A stretch of DNA of 62,514 nucleotides, counting the filler, from Deltaproteobacteria bacterium (GTDB lineage: Bacteria; JAEEML01): the NCBI GenBank assembly GCA_016283195.1. It is 3 parts of 3 records of this genome, joined end to end, with 100 filler letters (N's around TTAATTAATTAA, not from the genome) between each part and the next. Parts side by side here need not be neighbours in the genome. Positions count along the whole stretch, not along the records: positions 1 to 10,708 come from JAEEML010000075.1; 2 more parts are not named here. The stretch is one strand, 5' to 3'. The notes under the pieces are model-generated. The model was given only the letters and a program-made list of their open reading frames with translations, had not been told where the DNA came from and did not search any database. Of this stretch, positions 1-10,200 are shown piece after piece. Numbering within the stretch: position 1 is the first letter of the stretch; every line of letters begins with the position of its first letter. Position numbers and translations under genes: made by a program.

Positions 1-126
1 ATTGATAACCATAATATAAGCCGCTGTTTTTAAAGCTAAAATTATTATAATGAGTCCCAAAATACTTAGAGAGCGCCAAACTTTTTTTAAAGCTGATTTC
101 TCTTTGGCGGCGCTGACTGTTTTCAT
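1..126 (-). CDS. 5' end of a membrane or secreted protein (partial, runs off the window)
   Basis: Minus-strand ATG at 126 with GAGG upstream; frame open to position 1: MKTVSAAKEKSALKKVWRSLSILGLIIIILALKTAAYIMVIN (basic N-terminus followed by a hydrophobic helix). Not in the ORF track. Confidence 0.6.
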   Translation of the reverse strand, partial: MKTVSAAKEKSALKKVWRSLSILGLIIIILALKTAAYIMVIN

Positions 127-194
127 GTTTGCCTCAAGTGTGGCTAAAGCCGGGTGGCGTTAAAGCACACTAAGCTAGCATAATGCAAGAGAAA

Positions 195-281
195 GAAAAG
201 TAGTAGTACTGTTTTTTGGGGTGGCATGGGCGAGTGCAGCTTGCAACTATTTGCTAAAGCGGGTAACATAGCGGGCCGGTG
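195..281. repeat. ~90-bp imperfect direct repeat, copy 1
   Basis: GAAAAGTAGTAG...GGTGGCATGGGCGAG...AACTATTTGCTAAAGCGGGTAACATAGCGGGCCGGTG aligns with 1606-1696. Confidence 0.9.
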
Positions 282-304
282 GGTTTAGAGACTAGGTGAG
301 CACA

Positions 305-1546
305 TTATATTTCGTCGCTTTTTAAAAAGTCTTCCAAAGAGATGATGTATATTCCGTTATCATTATAGTGGGGAATGGCTTTTTCTTTTTGCACTATTAT
401 TTTTCTAAAGCTGTCATTTATGCGTAAAAGGGAGTTTTCTTCCTGGGCTTTTTTCTTTGCGCCGGAAATATTTAGGGCCGATTGCAGGTAGATTTTTTTG
501 TTTCCGGAGCTGGCGATAAAATCACATTCGAGTTGGTTTTTTTTGTTCTTCCCATTATCCTTTGAAGTGTATTCGATAATTCCAACATCCACATCGTAGC
601 CACGAATTTTAAGCTCGTTGTAAATTGCGTTTTCCATAATATGCGTTTCTTCGAGCTGGCGAAAATTTAGCCGCGCGTTTCTCAGGCCTAAGTCGGTAAA
701 ATAATATTTTTTGCCAGCGCCGATATACTTTCGGCCTTTTATGTCAAACCGTTCGGCTATTTGCAGCAAAAAAGCGTCTTCGAGATAGCCGAGATATGCA
801 GAAATTGTTTTATTTGTAATCGTTGATTTTTCTTTTGACCTGAAGGTGTTTTGCAGTTTAACCGGATTCGTCAGCGAGCCGATTGCCGAAGCAACCACAT
901 TAATCAGCTCCTCAAAATTGCCTTTATGGCGGATATTGTAGCGGTCAATTACATCGGTAAGATATACTTTTGAAAAGAGATTTCTGAGATAGTCGGATTT
1001 TTCTTTATGCGTTCTCATGGAAGCCACGAGCGGCAATCCGCCATAAGTATAATAATCTGTCCAGGCCGCAGCAAAATCATCACTACGATTTTCACAAAAC
1101 TCTTTAAAGGAAAGCGGATATACTCTGATTTCATCTCCGCGCCCACGGAACTCGGTAATGACATCCTTAACGAGAAAGCGCGAATTGCTTCCAGTTACAT
1201 ATACATCTATGTTTTGAATGTGTAGCAAAGAATTGAGAAGCTCTTCAAAGCCTGGTACCAGTTGTATTTCATCCAAAAGGCAATAATATTGCTCATTATC
1301 CTTTATTTGCGCTTTTATGAATTTATAAAGGCTCATTTTTTCGCGCAGGTCGATATATTCCAGATCATCAAGGGGAATTCTTATAATGTGCGATTCGTTG
1401 GTACCTTCTGAAAGGAGCTTTTCATAAAAGAGCTTGAAAAGAAGATATGATTTTCCGCTTCGCCTGAGGCCGGTAACGGTTTTAATCATTCCGTTGTGTC
1501 GCTTTTGGAAAAGCTGTTTTATATACGAGGTGCGTGAGAAAATCAT
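305..1546 (-). CDS. AAA+ ATPase, AAA_14/DUF4143 family
   Basis: Walker A GLRRSGKS, Walker B LLDEIQ, VTGSNS, GGLP, KYYFTDLGLRN, ENAIYNEL and C-terminal ECDF motifs; GGAGG RBS upstream. Confidence 0.9.
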   Translation of the reverse strand: MIFSRTSYIKQLFQKRHNGMIKTVTGLRRSGKSYLLFKLFYEKLLSEGTNESHIIRIPLDDLEYIDLREKMSLYKFIKAQIKDNEQYYCLLDEIQLVPGFEELLNSLLHIQNIDVYVTGSNSRFLVKDVITEFRGRGDEIRVYPLSFKEFCENRSDDFAAAWTDYYTYGGLPLVASMRTHKEKSDYLRNLFSKVYLTDVIDRYNIRHKGNFEELINVVASAIGSLTNPVKLQNTFRSKEKSTITNKTISAYLGYLEDAFLLQIAERFDIKGRKYIGAGKKYYFTDLGLRNARLNFRQLEETHIMENAIYNELKIRGYDVDVGIIEYTSKDNGKNKKNQLECDFIASSGNKKIYLQSALNISGAKKKAQEENSLLRINDSFRKIIVQKEKAIPHYNDNGIYIISLEDFLKSDEI

Positions 1547-1558
1547 GAGTCCTCCTAA

Positions 1559-1592
1559 TCCCTAAAAAGTAGTATAGCCACCTTTTTAGGGA
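1559..1592. promoter_or_regulatory. Perfect 11-bp inverted repeat next to the RBS of the AAA+ gene (possible operator or hairpin)
   Basis: TCCCTAAAAAG (1559-1569), 12-nt spacer, CTTTTTAGGGA (1582-1592). Confidence 0.45.
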
Positions 1593-1605
1593 ATAGCAAG
1601 CTGGG

Positions 1606-1696
1606 GAAAAGTAATAGCACTCTTTTTTTGTGGTGGCATGGGCGAGCTATGTAGGTTGTAACTATTTGGTAAAGCGGGTAACATAGCGGGCCGGTG
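1606..1696. repeat. ~90-bp imperfect direct repeat, copy 2
   Basis: GAAAAGTAATAG...GGTGGCATGGGCGAG...AACTATTTGGTAAAGCGGGTAACATAGCGGGCCGGTG; the 3' 27 nt are identical to copy 1. Confidence 0.9.
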
Positions 1697-1723
1697 AACC
1701 TAGATTGCAAAGGAGCTGACCGG

Positions 1724-3142
1724 ATGGGGATTGATGATAACACCTCCAAAGCTGATAATCTTAAAGAATTGCTTTTGAATAGCCACAACCTCATCCTGCA
1801 CGGCGCGCCGGGCACCGGCAAAACTTATCTGGCTAAGAAAATTGCGAAAGCCATGGGCTGCCAGGATGATGAAATCGGTTTTGTCCAATTTCATCAATCT
1901 TATGATTATACCGATTTTGTGGAGGGCCTGCGGCCGGTTGATGATGGCGCGGGGAGAATTGGTTTCGCGCGGAAGGATGGCGTGTTTAAAGCATTTTGTG
2001 CTAAGGCGCTCATAAAACAGGCGGCTGCTCCAGCCATAACCGATAAGCTGAATGAAAATCCAGTTGTCTGGAAAGTTTCGTTAGGTGGTTCAGGCGATAA
2101 TGAAATCAGAAAAAACTGTTTTAAAAACGGCTATATAAGAATCGGTTGGGATGAATACGGTGATGTTGCAGACTTTAGCGAGTTTGACAATTACACAGAA
2201 CATGGTGGTAAAAACGTACTTAGCGCTTTTCAAAATCAAATGAAAGAGGGCGATATTGTTGCTTCGTGTTTTTCGGCCAGCGAGGTTGATGCTATTGGTG
2301 TAATAACAGGAGGTTATGAATTTCATGCTGAATTTGAAGAATATAAAAGAGTTAGAAAAGTAGAGTGGTTGATTAAAGATATCAAGGAAGATATTATAGC
2401 ACTAAATAACAACAAAAAATTTACGGCGGCCACTATCTATAAATCGAATATTACAGCAGAGAACGCCTTAAAAATTGTTACCGCGCATAATGAATCAAAT
2501 ATTGAAAGTCGGCCTTTTGTCTTCATCATCGACGAGATCAACCGTGGCGAATTGTCAAAAATTTTCGGCGAATTATTCTTTTCCATCGACCCAGGCTATC
2601 GCGGCAAAGTCGGGAAAATAAAGACGCAATATCAAAACCTTATAGAAGAGGGCGACACATTTTATGATGGCTTCTTCGTCCCCGAAAATGTCTATATCAT
2701 CGGCACCATGAACGACATCGACCGCAGCGTGGAGAGCATGGATTTGGCTATGCGGCGGCGCTTTGCTTTTAAAGAGGTGACAGCAGATGACCAGAAAGAA
2801 ATGCTTGCTGAACTTGATAAGGTTAGGGAAGGTTTGGCAAAAGAAGCAATAAACCGTATGACTAATTTAAATAAAGTTATTGAAGATATTCCCGGACTTT
2901 CGCGCGCTTATCACATCGGCCCGGCATATTTCCTCAAATTGGAAAAATATAAAGGAGATTTTGAACAGCTTTGGAAATATCATCTTCAAGGCCTTTTGCG
3001 GGAATACCTGCGCGGCATGGAAAAAGCGGATAATTTATTAGATGAGAAGTTAAAGACAGCATATGATGATGACAAAGACCATACACAACAAAAGGATGCA
3101 TCGAGCTCAAATTCTGATGCAAGTGCAAGTTCCCAAGCGTAG
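1724..3142 (+). CDS. mcrB: McrB-family AAA+ GTPase with an internal inserted domain
   Basis: GAPGTGKT, VQFHQSYDYTDFVEG, FIIDEINRG, McrB signature MNDIDRS and RRRF; AAGGAG RBS before ATG 1724; followed by an McrC-like gene. Confidence 0.88.
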   Translation: MGIDDNTSKADNLKELLLNSHNLILHGAPGTGKTYLAKKIAKAMGCQDDEIGFVQFHQSYDYTDFVEGLRPVDDGAGRIGFARKDGVFKAFCAKALIKQAAAPAITDKLNENPVVWKVSLGGSGDNEIRKNCFKNGYIRIGWDEYGDVADFSEFDNYTEHGGKNVLSAFQNQMKEGDIVASCFSASEVDAIGVITGGYEFHAEFEEYKRVRKVEWLIKDIKEDIIALNNNKKFTAATIYKSNITAENALKIVTAHNESNIESRPFVFIIDEINRGELSKIFGELFFSIDPGYRGKVGKIKTQYQNLIEEGDTFYDGFFVPENVYIIGTMNDIDRSVESMDLAMRRRFAFKEVTADDQKEMLAELDKVREGLAKEAINRMTNLNKVIEDIPGLSRAYHIGPAYFLKLEKYKGDFEQLWKYHLQGLLREYLRGMEKADNLLDEKLKTAYDDDKDHTQQKDASSSNSDASASSQA

Positions 3143-3144
3143 CC

Positions 3145-4617
3145 ATGATTATCAATTTAAAAGATAATCAATATGAGCCTGTTCCTTGGGAAAAGGCCGC
3201 ATCGCCGAATGAGGCTCCCGATCAACGCCAGTTGGATTTATTGCGCGAATTTGCCGGAGTTTCCCTCAAAGAACTCGCCGGGCGCGGCAATTTTTTAATT
3301 TTCCCCTCTAAAGCGGCCGAATCCGAGCTGGCGGATCAAAAATATATCTATAAATTAACCAATAAAGATAGTGATTCTCCGGCTTTGCAAACCGGCAATA
3401 TCATGGGCTTTATCAGCCTGGGTGAAGATTTGCAAATGCGCATTACTTCCCGCTTTGACCAAGGCAAAAAGAATTACTTTTTGCACTATATGCTACAAAA
3501 GGTTTGCAATGTGGCCCCTACCAAGGAGCCCACAAGCTCCGGCGATGATGAGTTTTATGACTTTTTGTATTACCTCTTTCCCTATTACTTAAATGCCTCC
3601 TGTGCCCAGGGGATTTACCGCGCCTATGTGCGGCGTGAATATAACGATGCCAATGTGCGCGGCCCCATTGATGTGGGGCGGCATATCCGCTTTAATATCC
3701 CCTTTAACGGCAAAATTGCTTATCTTGCGCGCGAATACGCCACCGATAATAATGTTACCCAGCTGATTCGCCACACTATTGAATATATCCGTAGCCAAAA
3801 CCTGGGCGGCGCTATATTGGAGCATGATAGCCAGATCCGCGATAATGTCAAAGCCATGGTGGCCGCCACGCCGAGCTATAAAAAGGAGCTAAGAGCTCAG
3901 GTCATCGCCGGCAATTTGCGCCCGAAAGTTCATTCTTATTACACCGCTTATGAGCCTTTAAGGCAAATATGCCTGGCCATTTTGCGCCGCAAAAAGATAG
4001 GTTACGGCGACAATAAGCGGCAAAATATCAGCGGCATTCTCTTTGACGGCGCAGCTTTGTGGGAAGAATACCTAGCCAGGGTTTTTGCGGAATATGATGC
4101 TAAGGCTGCTACACCAAATAAGTTAAACCTCATTCATGCCAATAATCGTTTAAATAAAAACGGTATTCCTCTTTTTGAAAATGGGGGAAGTTATTACCCG
4201 GATTTTTACCGCAAAAATTTTAGCGAAAAACTGGAGCAACTCTCTGATTACAAAGGTCTTGTTTTAGATGCCAAATATAAACGGCTGGCTAAAAGTTCGG
4301 CCTCTATTGGGGAAGAAGATTTTTGCGCCCAAGGTCAAAAGGTTAGTATTGGCCGCGAAGATTTATTTCAGATGCTGGCTTATATGCATTGCCTGCCGGC
4401 TACTAGGGCTATTCTTTTGTTTCCGTGGGAGAAAGAAAAAGCGGAGGAAAAATCGCCATTTGTCTCTGAGGCTAAAAGCGCGCGGGGCTTTGGTGGCGAG
4501 ATATTGGCTATGGGGCTGCCAATAGCCCAAGGGCAAGAAAATTTTCAAGAATTTGCTCAAAAGATGCAGAAACAAGAAGAATTATTTTGTGAGAAAATAA
4601 TGGATAAGTCAGCCTAA
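3145..4617 (+). CDS. mcrC: McrC-family PD-(D/E)xK restriction nuclease subunit
   Basis: LFDGAALWEEYL, YYPDF, LDAKYK and REDLFQMLAY motifs; starts 3 nt after mcrB. Confidence 0.85.
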   Translation: MIINLKDNQYEPVPWEKAASPNEAPDQRQLDLLREFAGVSLKELAGRGNFLIFPSKAAESELADQKYIYKLTNKDSDSPALQTGNIMGFISLGEDLQMRITSRFDQGKKNYFLHYMLQKVCNVAPTKEPTSSGDDEFYDFLYYLFPYYLNASCAQGIYRAYVRREYNDANVRGPIDVGRHIRFNIPFNGKIAYLAREYATDNNVTQLIRHTIEYIRSQNLGGAILEHDSQIRDNVKAMVAATPSYKKELRAQVIAGNLRPKVHSYYTAYEPLRQICLAILRRKKIGYGDNKRQNISGILFDGAALWEEYLARVFAEYDAKAATPNKLNLIHANNRLNKNGIPLFENGGSYYPDFYRKNFSEKLEQLSDYKGLVLDAKYKRLAKSSASIGEEDFCAQGQKVSIGREDLFQMLAYMHCLPATRAILLFPWEKEKAEEKSPFVSEAKSARGFGGEILAMGLPIAQGQENFQEFAQKMQKQEELFCEKIMDKSA

Positions 4618-4690
4618 ACAGCCGGCTTAACAGGGCACAGCCGGCATTAGAAAACAGAAAATATAGAGGTGTTTTAGTTATCGGCAGCTC

Positions 4691-5803
4691 TTAATCATCA
4701 ACGTTATACACCCAAATGCAGCGGACAGAATAAGCGTTCTCCCTACTGGTTTGAGAGACTAATGCCGAACCGCTAAGCGACATATAGTGTGAAGATTTGG
4801 TATCTCCGGAGTTATAATACTCGTATTTATCTTGGCTCCAGAAATAAGCAGTGTCACCTTCACCCATGCCACCAAAATTTATGTAGCGGCCATCTGAAGT
4901 CCTATAACCGGCGGGAAGAGCCGAAAATCCGGTAGTGTTGGTGCCTCCCCAACTTGTATCTTTTAAACTTTTAATTTTTTCAATATTTGATAGATAAGAC
5001 TCTGTTCCGCCTAAATATTTTAGCAGGTTTTCAAAATCTTCTTTTTTTGGTAAACGCCAGCCGCGAGGGCACACATCTATAGCATCAGCCCATGTATATA
5101 AGCAGCCGTATTTCTTAAAAGTTTCTTCGTTTCTGTAATGGCAGGTTATGGGTTCTCTTATTAAGTATGAAGGGTGGGCGGTGGTATTTTGATTCTTAAC
5201 AGCCCACTTGGTGCCATTTATGTCAACATAATTTGGTTGGTCGCAATTATCTCCTTTTTTCAAAACATCTTTACACTCATCGCAATTTTCGCCGGTCATA
5301 AGTGAGTTCTTGCACTCGTCGCAATTTTCGCCGGTCATAAGTGAGTTCTTGCACTCATCGCAATTATCACCAGTCCAGATATCACTATCACATGAGCACT
5401 CGCCAGTGCCATCTTTGCCATCATTACAAGTGCCGTGCTTGCAGGTGCAGGGCTTACACTCGGCACCAAAGTGATTAGCCAAACACTCTTTGGGCTGATC
5501 TTCATCGCTTGCAGCATCACTTTTGCCATCAGTATCGCTTTTAGCATCGCTCTGGCTGTCGTGCTGGTCGCTGGCGGCATCGCTATTGGCATCAGTGCCA
5601 CTTTTAGCATCACTCTGGCTGTCACCATCGCTACTGGCGTCTTTGTCTTTACCTTTGTCTTTGTCCTCGCCTGTTTGGCTGTCACTCGGCTTTTGTTGCT
5701 CATTGCCTGGTGTAGCCGGTTTTTCCTCATTGTGATTACCGCAGCCGATGGCCAAAAAGGTGGCCAGCCCGGCAATGAGTAAGAGATTTTTACATTTTTT
5801 CAT
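4691..5803 (-). CDS. Lipoprotein with S/D-rich linker, EGF-like Cys repeats and C-terminal FISUMP (Fibrobacter succinogenes major paralogous) domain
   Basis: Lipobox LAIG-C; YGCLYTW, CPRGWRLP, GFSALPAGYR, AYFWS and YSVRC motifs. Confidence 0.85.
   Translation of the reverse strand: MKKCKNLLLIAGLATFLAIGCGNHNEEKPATPGNEQQKPSDSQTGEDKDKGKDKDASSDGDSQSDAKSGTDANSDAASDQHDSQSDAKSDTDGKSDAASDEDQPKECLANHFGAECKPCTCKHGTCNDGKDGTGECSCDSDIWTGDNCDECKNSLMTGENCDECKNSLMTGENCDECKDVLKKGDNCDQPNYVDINGTKWAVKNQNTTAHPSYLIREPITCHYRNEETFKKYGCLYTWADAIDVCPRGWRLPKKEDFENLLKYLGGTESYLSNIEKIKSLKDTSWGGTNTTGFSALPAGYRTSDGRYINFGGMGEGDTAYFWSQDKYEYYNSGDTKSSHYMSLSGSALVSQTSRENAYSVRCIWVYNVDD
5274..5365. repeat. 39-bp coding tandem repeat (2+ copies, DECKNSLMTGENC)
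   Basis: CACTC(A/G)TCGCAATT recurs at 5274, 5313 and 5352. Confidence 0.9.
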
Positions 5804-5920
5804 TATATTTCTCCACCGCGCATAAGCGCATAATGCACCGCTATTGGTGCAAAATTATTAGAAAATTTAGGATTTATGGATTGTTTAAAATTTGGATATG
5901 TGCTAAAATTAAATAAAGCG

Positions 5921-5937
5921 ACTGAACTGAACTGAAC
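5921..5937. repeat. (ACTGA)3 microsatellite inside a putative minus-strand leader ORF
   Basis: ACTGAACTGAACTGAAC lies immediately after a minus-strand ATG at 5939 that has AGGAG 10 nt upstream. Confidence 0.7.
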
Positions 5938-6105
5938 ATGATGTATATGCTCCTAATAGCCAAACAACAACGCGGGCAAAGTACTACAGCTTTTGAGTTC
6001 TTGACAATGGGGAAAATATGAGCCGCATGCCGGGAAATATGCGGGCGGTTATAGCGGCATTATGGTGAAGAGGACTCTGGCCGGCGCCATGGTGCGGGAA
6101 CTTGG

Positions 6106-6714
6106 TTAGCGCCGCCGTTTACTTGCCCCGGAAGAGCTATTATTTTTTGGCTTATCGGTAGCGGCCTGGACGGCTTCCTGAGAGGGAATTTCTTTTCCTT
6201 TACAGGTATTTAAGGCCTTAACCGCAGTGCGATTGACCAAAACATCACTGCTCTCGGCATCGTGTTGCATGGCCGCCATGGCCTCGGGAGTACAGCGCGT
6301 GGTGAGGGCCTCTAGCAGTTTGCAATGCTCATCTGTATCGGTTAAGCGCTCCAGAGCGGAGAGAACCAGCGGCTCATCTTCGGCCGGACCGATTTTCACT
6401 AAAGCCACAGCAACATTAGCGAGAGCTTCCTGGCTCAGATATTCATCACTCAGCCGTTTTTTGAGTGCCGGCAAAACGCGGGTTTCTTTAATAGTGGCGT
6501 TTAGAGAATTGTTCATTTTCAGGCGCACCAGGTAATCGGCGCCATCGGCCACCAGCCAGGGCTCCTTGGCTGATTCCACCGCTTTGCAAATGGTTTCCGC
6601 ATCGCGCTTATTATAAGCTTTATTTAGGCGCTTGATGGGAGTGGAGCAGGCGCCGGCTAATAGCATATTGGCAACCAGAGTAATATTTAGTGCGAATAAT
6701 AAAGGCTTTTTCAT
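6106..6714 (-). CDS. Lipoprotein, probably HEAT-repeat-like helical protein
   Basis: Lipobox LAGA-C; amphipathic repeats such as ALANVAVALVKIG and VNRTAVKAL. Confidence 0.65.
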   Translation of the reverse strand: MKKPLLFALNITLVANMLLAGACSTPIKRLNKAYNKRDAETICKAVESAKEPWLVADGADYLVRLKMNNSLNATIKETRVLPALKKRLSDEYLSQEALANVAVALVKIGPAEDEPLVLSALERLTDTDEHCKLLEALTTRCTPEAMAAMQHDAESSDVLVNRTAVKALNTCKGKEIPSQEAVQAATDKPKNNSSSGASKRRR

Positions 6715-6728
6715 AAAACCTCCTATGG

Positions 6729-7199
6729 TTAAGTCTTGTTAATGAGAGCCAGAAGTGCCTGGCTTTCCTGATTACCGGGATCTGATTCTAGCGCTAAACC
6801 AAGCATTTGCCTAGCTGCTTCTAGCTTTAAAGTGTCATTATTTGCTGTGCCCTCCATAATAAATATTTTGGCCAGCAAAATATAAGCCTCAGCAGATTTT
6901 GTGTCCAAATCGGTGGCTTTTTGCAAAAGTTCCCGCGCTGCATCATAGCGGCCGCGTAAATAATGATTATGGGCCTCAAGATAGAGTTCATGGGCTTTAT
7001 GCTGTCTTTCCAGTTCTTCCGGGGAGGGGGCAGGGGGAGCGGGCTCCTCAATCTCCGGCGCTTTTTCCGCCTCCTTAGCGGGCTCACCAGAAGCCTTGGA
7101 ATCCTGTACTACTGCCGGGGCAGCCGTTTGCGGCAGAACGATGGCCGGGCGCGGGGAGCAGGCGGGAAGGAGGAGGAAAAGCAGGAAAAAGTAGCGCAT
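6729..7199 (-). CDS. TPR lipoprotein
   Basis: Lipobox LPA-C; TPR patterns YDAARELLQKATDLD, AEAYILLAKI and ALESDPGNQE. Confidence 0.75.
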   Translation of the reverse strand: MRYFFLLFLLLPACSPRPAIVLPQTAAPAVVQDSKASGEPAKEAEKAPEIEEPAPPAPSPEELERQHKAHELYLEAHNHYLRGRYDAARELLQKATDLDTKSAEAYILLAKIFIMEGTANNDTLKLEAARQMLGLALESDPGNQESQALLALINKT

Positions 7200-7218
7200 G
7201 GATTAGTTATAATGAATA

Positions 7219-10200
7219 TCAGGTGCAGTGACCGTTAATGCACTCGCCACTTAAGCAATCTGTCGGATTATCGCATGATGAGCCTGAAGGCAGTCTTAAA
7301 GCGCACTTATTGCTTTCACAATAAAAATTGGTGTAATTGGTGCAATCACTACAATCAACCGGTGTGCAAGTAGTGTTACATGAATTGGAAAGACAGTATT
7401 CATTGCCTGGACATGCAACATTAGTACTGTTTTTTTGTCTGCATGTGTTTGCATCACAATAGAAGCCAGGCATACAGTCATCATCATTGCCACAAGAACC
7501 GGTTTTGCAACTTGAGCTATCGGCACAGGCCATGTTATCAGTGCAGACAGTATAAGTGGAGAAGCAACTTCCGGCGTTACATCCTCTCATATTTAATACG
7601 CCGTTCGAGCAAGTAGTAGTGCCGCAGTCAGTGGCTGCCGGCCAACAATTGCCCTTGTGAGTATCGTCGGCATTACAAGAGTAGGTTACTTGCAGACTTG
7701 AAGTCCCGCTACACTCGGCATTAGGACAACTGGCGGAACTGCAGCAGACGCCGTCTACACAGTTACTGCTTTGACATACAGTACCAGCTCCGTCGGAACC
7801 GTTTCTTAAGTCGCTGTCACTACAAGATGCCCCTAGAGCTTTTTGGGCTACGCAACTTCGTGAGCTATTGCAATAGTAACCAGTTGCACAATCATTATTT
7901 GAGGAACAATTTGTTTTGCATCCGTTATTATCGCACTTGTAATTCTGGCAATCTACAGATAAAGCTGTACATATTCCACTATGGCCTGTGGTATTGCACT
8001 TAAATGATATAGCTAAGTTACCTGAACAACTTGGCTGAGTGTTGCAAGCAGAGTTACAGCAGACGCCATTTGCACAGTAACCGCTTTCGCATATAGCATT
8101 TATATTGTCTGTTGGTTCTTTGAGTAATGAGCTTGAGCAAGATATCCCAATACCTTCTTTGGGTGAGCATACACCGTTAGAACCAGACTTCTTACAATAG
8201 TAACCGTCTGCACATTGGCTGTTGCTCGAACAAGATGTGTTGCAAGTAGAGCTATTCATGCATGTATAGCCACTGCAATCATCGGTTGAAGTTATGCAAT
8301 TACCACCCGAACAAGTATGAGAAGTCAAAGTATTATTTGAGCAGCTATTGGTTCCGCACGACACAGTGGAGGTGCTACAGGTTCCTCCGGTACAGATGGG
8401 AACAACCTGACTATTACCACTACATGTCGGAGCATCGTTACAAGCCGTTGCACAACAAATGCCACCAACCAAAAATCCACTGGCACAGTCCGAAGCATTG
8501 CTGGCAGTTTGGCCATTGGCGTTCTTGCAAGCACCGGCGCCATCACATACCTTTCCGCTGGTATTACAATTTCTACCTTGCTGCCCGCTTGTTACATTGG
8601 AGCAGGTTCCGGAATTATTGCCTACCTGGCAGGTTCCACAATCAGTATCGGTACAATAGCCATCACTGCACTTACCACTCAGGCAATCGTTGCCATTTGT
8701 ACATCCCGATTGCCCGTTTATTTTCTTGCAAGCACCGTTGCCGTCACACAGAGAACCTGTGCTACAACCATTATTGAAACCAGAAGGAGTATTGGTACAA
8801 CCGCTTGAACTACCTTGTTTACACTTGCCGCAGGCCGAAGCTACACAATAGCCATGGTCACAGTGCCCGCTAGAACAATCTCCATCTACTGAACATTGTT
8901 GATTATTCGGAAGGAGGCAATTTCCGCTTGCGTTGCATTTTCTGGGAGCGACACAGGTATCGTCTGTATTGTTTTTAACTTGGGTACATGTACCTAGATC
9001 GCATGAGTAACAGGTTGTGTTGCAGGCTGTATTACAACAATAACCATCAACACAGTGCCCGTCTTTGCATATAGAGTCTATACCGTCAGCTTGGTTTTTA
9101 AGCATATTTACTGCGCATTGTTTTGAGGCGCTGGAAGCTAGTTTTTGGACACATTTGCCAGATGCATTGCAATAGTAACCATTTGCACATTCACTATTTT
9201 TCGTGCACTTTGTTGTTGCCGTGATACATGCTGTTGAATCAGCATTACAGGTATATGGTGAGCAGTCCGTTTCCTGGCTGTTGCAGTAACCGCTGGCTGT
9301 ACAAGTACTGGTTGTTTGTTTACCGCCGGTGCAGCTGTCAGGGCAAGTAGTGGCACAGCAGAAATCATCTTCGCATATTCCACTGGCGCACAGTTCATTG
9401 GAACCGTTGCAGCCCTCACCGTTAGCCAGTTTACACGCACCGTCTTTGCATATTTGATTTTCCTGACAAGTGTTTGAATGGGTATAATCAGCCACCTGAG
9501 TACAGGTGCCGCTCGCACAGGTGTGACACTCTCCACAGGCGGTGGCACAACAGTAGCCATCGGCTGATACATTATTGTGCTGACACATATCATTTGTGGC
9601 CCCAATGCCAACAAATACGCCATCAGGACGTTTTGAAGTGCATTGGCTATCTGAACAATAGTAACCGCCCGCACAGTCGCTATCATACTCGCAATTGGTA
9701 CGGCAAGACTCGGTGTCCTGGCAAGCATAGCCGTTACAAGATTGCGGCCTTTGTTCTGTGCAAACGCCGCTATTATTGCAAACATATTGCGTCAGTTCTC
9801 CATTAACACAGCTATCTTTCTGGTTGCATGCAGTTTTACAGCATACACCATCTACGCAGAAAGAGTTGCTTGGACACTCATTAGCGGCTTCACATCTATC
9901 ACCAAATGATTTTAGTTTCACGCATTTGCTTGATTTACAATAATAACCGTCAACACAATCAGTGTCAGCTCTACAGGATGGCAAGCAATCAGAAGCATCG
10001 GTTTTACATTTCAGGTTATCGGGGCAAGGATTGGATGTGCTATTTACGCATGTGCCGCCTTCGCCTGTGCAACTTTGGTGCTGGAGTGTGGAACCAACAC
10101 ATTGAGTCGGACAACTTGCTTGTTGGCAACAATGGTTATTCAAGCAATTTCCAGAGAGACATGTAGTAGGTGATGAACACTCACTACCATTATCGGTTAC

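Noticed and set aside
195-281. Direct repeat as an integron attC site
   Set aside because: No RYYYAAC/GTTRRRY pair enclosing an extended palindrome, and no integrase in view.
4621-4645. GCCGGCT...AGCCGGC inverted repeat after mcrC
   Set aside because: Short stem with no clear U-tract; too weak to call a terminator.
4691-5230. FISUMP domain as a diversity-generating retroelement target
   Set aside because: No reverse transcriptase and no adenine-variant template repeat seen in the window.
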